Shown here: piece by piece, positions 58,662 to 64,000 of the stretch
Numbering within the stretch: position 1 is the stretch's first letter
Layout of the letters: each line of letters opens with the position of its first letter
Assembly: GCA_047495785.1 (NCBI GenBank)
Contig: JBLDXI010000025.1
Span: 372,001-436,000, forward strand
Source of the DNA: Lepidodermella squamata
Taxonomy: Eukaryota > Animalia > Gastrotricha
Direction: 5' to 3'
Length of the DNA: 64,000 nt
Program-made: the position numbers and the translations under genes
Notes under the pieces: generated by a model
Databases searched by the model: none
What the model was told of the DNA's origin: nothing
Seen by the model: the letters and a program-made list of their open reading frames with translations, nothing else

Positions 58662-60470
58662 GCATAGGTAGCAGTAATATCACAGTATTTACGTGTGTGA
58701 AAAGCGTCTAAATTATTTACGCGCTAACCTTCTCGCTGCTGACCGAATCGACCCAATTTATATGAATATTTCATAGAATCAGCTATACGCGCGATGAGAC
58801 AACAAGCAAAACAAAACCCGAAAAAGCACAAATAGAAAATTTACAGAAATTTCAGAAAAAATTTCGCAAAATCGAAAATTTGAAAAATCGATCAGCGTAA
58901 AATCAGCTTTAGATCATCGTTATTCTTAGATTAAACAATCCCTCCCGAATAAAATACATGTTTATAATTTAAAAATTGTGGGGAGAATAAATTGATAGGA
59001 CTTGAAATTGGTTATTGGTGAATTAAAAAATAAATACAAATTCTATAAAATTCAATAAAATATCCTATTTTAAGTTCTGGGCCTTGAATTTTAACGAGGA
59101 AAAATCACGCGAAAACAATCGATATTTTCTATGAAATTTTTTGAAATTTTAGCGGCGTAAAGAGGCGTGAATTGCGGTGACGATGATGATAAGCAGAAAA
59201 ATAATAAATTAATATGGAGATGATAAATAAGGCGATGATGACGAGGAATTATCTCTCGTTTTATTTGCGCAACCACGAGATGAAACTATGCGGCGTGGCA
59301 GCGAAATGAGGCGTTGAAAAAGTCGAAAAGTAAATAGCAGGATGAAGGGAAGAAGAAGAAGAAGAAGTGCACATAGACACATAGCACATAGGCAGGCAGG
59401 CAGTTAGACAGATAGGATACCTAGGCTCGCGCGCTTTAGAGCTCAAGGCTGTTAGCAGCATCAGACAGCAGCAGAAACAGCCGGCCGGTCGATGAAGCAG
59501 CGCGGCGGCGGCGGCGGCGGCTGCGGCGGCGCAATTTGCTGCTGTTGTTGTTGGCCGGCTGTTTTGTGATGTTGATGCTTCATGATCTTCTGAAAATATT
59601 CATCCACGTGCTGCGGCTATAATAGCGGATGTACGTGTATCGAGTAGTATAGACAACGCACGCTTTACCTGCTATTCGTAGTAGTAGTAGTAGTAGTAGT
59701 ATACATCATCACACAGCTCTAGCTAGCTCTCTATACGTATGTGTGGGGCTGTAATACTAATAATGACGATGAAGGCTCATCTCGCGCGTTCTACTCTGCT
59801 CTGAAATTTTGACCTCGCTATACTGCAGCAGCAGCAGCAATTAAATGTAGGTCAGTGATGTGCTTCTGCGCGCGCGCAATAAATAAATAAACAAAAACGA
59901 TGAGTTGTTGTACGATACTACTACTACTATGAATGAATGGATGGGTATACTATAGTGGAAAAAAATAATTATTGTAAAATGCCGCGAGACCGTATCAGCT
60001 GCAGACTTTTAAGGTAGTTTAACCACGGTGGAAAATTATTATAATTTTTCATACAACGTCGAAATGGCCATTATGACTGTTTGTTTTTACATGTGTTGTA
60101 TTAATATATACGACCGGCAAGTAATGCTAGCAAGTGAGCGAAGAGGAGCGCAGAGTTATAACACCTCACTGACAGACCGAGAGCGCCTGTCTTTGTTGAA
60201 AGGCCGGCGATGATGATGATGATGATGAAATGATAATGATGACGTTCGCCATGCATGTTCACGTTTTTTTCCCAAAAAAGCGGAGCTTTTCGTGTAGCCA
60301 GTTTAAACATTTTAGTAGAACTATGACGGTTCATCGCAGTTTCTGGCATATTCTTAATCATTTGTTCAGATTTTAGATAACATTTAGAGAGCAGCGAAGA
60401 AGATTTTCAGAGCGATGTCGAAAGCCGAAATCGAGGACTTCTAAGTGAGGGCAGTGTTGTGAGATAAGTA

Positions 60471-60577
60471 CAGGGTGTTCAAGAAATAATAGGTAGCTAT
60501 AAATAGCTTTGCTACTTTTTGGCACGCGTTTCAGCGTTTCAGAGCTAAAAGCTAGATATTATTTAACGAACACCCTG
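60471..60577. mobile_element. Tiny TA-flanked Tc1/mariner-type MITE
   Basis: ta|cagggtgttcaagaaataata ... tattatttaacgaacaccctg|ta. The same terminus occurs at 583-603 as an unpaired right end. Confidence 0.65.
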
Positions 60578-61058
60578 TACATATCTTTCATCGCATGAAT
60601 AATTTCAACTCATTAGCCTCTAAGATGAAAAAATAGGGCTAGAAGTGCGCGAGCGAAGAAATTTCGAAATTACGTCATTACAATTTTGTTAATCTCAACA
60701 AAATGAATATTTTTAATTTTTCTTTAAATTCATGAAAATTCGAAGAATTTAAATAAAAAAGCAGGAGAGATGTCAACAAATTGGCAAATAGGAAATCGAA
60801 TGCTGAAATTGAAAAAATTGAATTTATCAAAATCAATTTTGAAGAACAATCAGCCAGCATTAGTCCCTTGAAAATGTTGAATGAGCTGTATCAAGTTCCA
60901 AATTTCCGAATTCCGCTAAAACAATTTCCAACCATCTATTACCTTGGAATTTCTTTTCGCTGAAGCTACCAATTTTTTGAAAGAAACACGAAAATCAATT
61001 AAAAAATTGCATCTTTTATTATTTACAAATCGATGATGAGCATTTCTGTCCAGAAAAT

Positions 61059-64000
61059 TCAAGAATTTTCAGTATTTTCTTGTCGAAGAAATCTTGCAAC
61101 GGCAATGAATCCAGCAGCTTCTGCAACTTGCCAAGGTAAGTTCCCAGATTTATCTTGAATTTTCACGGCTTCAGGCCATTTTCGAGCGACTGATTTTGCC
61201 AGTTCCAACAAACCAACCGTAGCAGCTAGATGAAGCGCAGTTTTCCCATCTTGATTTCGAAGCTCCAAAGCACCGGGCCATTTTTCCATTAGAAAATTCG
61301 CAATCCCAACCAGCCGGCTACTAATCGCTAGGTTTAGGGGAGAATTCCCATGGTCGTCTAAAATTTGTAGAATTTCCGGGCATTTCTGAACTGCCAACCT
61401 AATGAAAACCCCCCAGCGATGGTCTTTCTTATTCTTTAGAGCCAAATGCAAAGCATGTCGGCCAGACTTATCTTTGATGAAAACAGCTTCCGGCCAAGTT
61501 TCAAGCAGGTAAATCGAGAAATCAGGTAAGGCATCGCAAGACACGGTGTAGTGAAGTACAGTTGAACCTTGATTGTCTACTTTTTCCATAATTTCAGGTG
61601 AATTTTTCTCAACCCAGGTTTTGACAGTCACAAAATCATTTGTCATTGCAGCAAGGTGCAAAGGGGTCCTACCATCTCGATTTGTGACCTGAAGAGCCTC
61701 AGGGTGAAGCTCCCAAAGATTTAAACTCAAATCGAGATCTTTTCGACCTGCAGCTAGGTGTAAGGGGGTATTCCCATCTTCATCTTGGATCTCCAAAGCT
61801 CCTGTCCAATTTTCTAGGAGAAATTTGATGGTCTTCTCACTATTTTTAGCTAAGGAACGATGCAAAGGGGCCTTATTAAGTTTATCCTTAATTCTCAGAC
61901 CACCAGGCCATTGATCTGTGAGAAATTCCACGGTTTCTAGATCCCCAAATTCAGCCGCGACGTGCAACGGGGTAGCTAAATCTTCGTCTTGACATTCGAT
62001 GGCTTTAGGATGCTTTTGGACCAAGAATCTGATGATTTGTACCTCGGCCTGATTCAAGCAGGCGAGATGTAATGGGGTTCTACTCTTTGCATCACGTACT
62101 TCCAATGCCCCGAGCCAAGTACTCGCTACGCTTTCAACCATTTCAAAGCCTTTTCTCTTAAAGGCCAGATGCAAGGGGGTCATTCCATTGGAATCCTGAA
62201 TTTCATTGGCTTTGGGAACTTTTTCAAGTATATATTCAACTGTATCTCGGGAGCAATGCTCTACAGCGTGATGTAACGGGGTTTTACCTTGATCTAGGTC
62301 CTTTTCCAACATTTCCTCGGGCATTAGCTCAAAAATGGCCTTGATCATCTGCAAAGCACACGAAACAGCGGTTGCGAGATGTAGCAGACTTTTGTGCATC
62401 TTGCTCGGCCAGGGAGGTCGCGAGCCACCCAATGAAATAATGTGCAAAACCGCAGCGAAATCTTTAGCTCTCACTGCTGTATGGAGAATTGTCTCCCCCT
62501 GGTCGTCTTGAATTCTGAGGGCGCCCGGGAATTTCTCTAAAAAGCCTCTCAAAAGGTCAATCTTCAAAAATTCCCTTGTCATGAAGTGCAGAGGCGTTTT
62601 GCCAGTTTTGTCTTGAACGTTCAAAGCTTCGTAATTGATTTCGACCAGTTTTTCAACCAATCCCTGCCTTCCGCACTCTACGGCTTTGTGTAACGGAGTT
62701 TTACCATCGTTGTCCTGAATCAAAAGTACTTGATGCCATTTGTCATCGAGGAATTTTGCGCTGAGAGTGCTCATCTTTGTAGCCGCGTTGTGGAGAGGCG
62801 TTTTGCCGAGGCTGTCTTGCAGTGTCACAGATTCCGGCCAGTTTCGTAGCAAATTTTCAGCAGATGACCACCGCGTCTCATCCGCTGCGCGATGAAAAGC
62901 TGATCTGCCGCTTGAATCCAATTGCCGAACCGAGTCTTGCCACTTTTCTAAGAGAAATTCAGTTTTCTTCGCGTCTTCAGGCCGCTTAACTAGGTGAAGC
63001 GGTAGCGACCCGGTTTTGTCTCGAATTTTGACAGATTCCGGATAATTTTCGTAGACGAATCTCAAAACTTCGAAGTTTCCATATTCAGCAGCTGTGTGCA
63101 GATAGGTTTCGCCGGTTGATGAATTGACCATTCTAATTGCTTCGGTGGTGATTTCATCGGAAAACAGATCGGTGAGATTATCGCAAAAAAGTTCCAGCTC
63201 AGTCAGATTTCGACGCCTAATAGCGCGGCTGAGGGCTGTTAGGCCATGATTGTTCTCAATTTGCACGGCAGATGGGCATTTGTTGAACAGCAGCTCAACT
63301 AATTGTGAATCCTCGATCTCTTGGGCAGCTTGAATTGGAGGATTTCCATCTTCGTCTTGTACCAATAGGATATCAGGCCTTGATTTTGTGAACGATTTGA
63401 GAAAATATTCCAGATTCGGCCCTTCCGACAGCATTAATCCGCTTCGAAATAGATGCAAAGCTGTTTTTCTATTTTGATCTTGAATGACGACCGAATCGGG
63501 GGCAAGTTGTAAGATCTGCAGAGCGAATTCCAAGAACCCTAGACTGATTGCTAAATGCAAAGGCGTTCTTCCGTCGTTGTCTTGAACCATCAAAGCCCTC
63601 GAATCGAAATTAATGCAACATGAAGCCAGGGTCAAATTCTTTTCCGCCAAAGCGGTATGAAGGGGTGTATGGCCTGCATTGTCTTGAATAACCAGAACTT
63701 CACTCACTTTAACAGAAGAATACGTAGCGAATTTCTCTAAATCAGATCTAGGTTTGCTTCCAGGAATAGCTAGATGTAACGCCGTTCTACCGCTCAGGTT
63801 TTGAATTGGTAGCAATGATGGGAAACTCGCAATTAGGTATTTGGCCAAGTTTAGAAGGTTACCATCGCTCTTGTCGGGAAATTGTGCGAAATACTGGAGA
63901 CTATGGATGATTTCATGTAGAACTGTCTCGCCAACTTTGTTTTGAATTTTCACCACTTCGACAGTTAGTTTGTCGTAATCAAAATATCTGCTGAATATAT
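61059..64000 (-). CDS. Ankyrin-repeat protein, >965 aa, 5'-partial
   Basis: More than 20 consecutive ~34-aa QDxxGxTPLHxA units. The frame stays open to the window edge. No intron in 2.9 kb. Confidence 0.92.
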   Translation of the reverse strand, partial: IFSRYFDYDKLTVEVVKIQNKVGETVLHEIIHSLQYFAQFPDKSDGNLLNLAKYLIASFPSLLPIQNLSGRTALHLAIPGSKPRSDLEKFATYSSVKVSEVLVIQDNAGHTPLHTALAEKNLTLASCCINFDSRALMVQDNDGRTPLHLAISLGFLEFALQILQLAPDSVVIQDQNRKTALHLFRSGLMLSEGPNLEYFLKSFTKSRPDILLVQDEDGNPPIQAAQEIEDSQLVELLFNKCPSAVQIENNHGLTALSRAIRRRNLTELELFCDNLTDLFSDEITTEAIRMVNSSTGETYLHTAAEYGNFEVLRFVYENYPESVKIRDKTGSLPLHLVKRPEDAKKTEFLLEKWQDSVRQLDSSGRSAFHRAADETRWSSAENLLRNWPESVTLQDSLGKTPLHNAATKMSTLSAKFLDDKWHQVLLIQDNDGKTPLHKAVECGRQGLVEKLVEINYEALNVQDKTGKTPLHFMTREFLKIDLLRGFLEKFPGALRIQDDQGETILHTAVRAKDFAAVLHIISLGGSRPPWPSKMHKSLLHLATAVSCALQMIKAIFELMPEEMLEKDLDQGKTPLHHAVEHCSRDTVEYILEKVPKANEIQDSNGMTPLHLAFKRKGFEMVESVASTWLGALEVRDAKSRTPLHLACLNQAEVQIIRFLVQKHPKAIECQDEDLATPLHVAAEFGDLETVEFLTDQWPGGLRIKDKLNKAPLHRSLAKNSEKTIKFLLENWTGALEIQDEDGNTPLHLAAGRKDLDLSLNLWELHPEALQVTNRDGRTPLHLAAMTNDFVTVKTWVEKNSPEIMEKVDNQGSTVLHYTVSCDALPDFSIYLLETWPEAVFIKDKSGRHALHLALKNKKDHRWGVFIRLAVQKCPEILQILDDHGNSPLNLAISSRLVGIANFLMEKWPGALELRNQDGKTALHLAATVGLLELAKSVARKWPEAVKIQDKSGNLPWQVAEAAGFIAVARFLRQENTENS

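Overview
Eukaryotic DNA, probably from an invertebrate animal with short GT-AG introns (uninterrupted ones ~49-76 nt). There are no prokaryotic operons and no CRISPR array. Host genes: a divergent GABA-B-type class C GPCR (5227-7833, -), a CPVL-like serine carboxypeptidase (8317-10128, -), four Kunitz/BPTI genes, a low-complexity protein ending in a CCC motif, and a 5'-partial intronless ankyrin-repeat ORF. The most notable content is a family of secreted Cys-rich proteins that I do not recognise. They are built from a 20-aa tandem repeat (consensus DYCQTSGSADAQKFCQVKTT) plus a C-terminal domain with a duplicated SFDxCC motif. Three copies are intact (P1, P3, P4), one is disrupted by a transposon (P2) and one is a pseudogene remnant. 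They are interleaved with the Kunitz genes and share an upstream palindrome. The rest is nested mobile DNA: a MULE flanked by a 650-bp duplication, an intact two-gene PIF/Harbinger, Jockey/I-like and RTE LINEs, a P-like element with an apparent excision footprint, and hAT and TA-target MITEs. All exon boundaries, TIRs and TSDs were read by eye; no database search was run.
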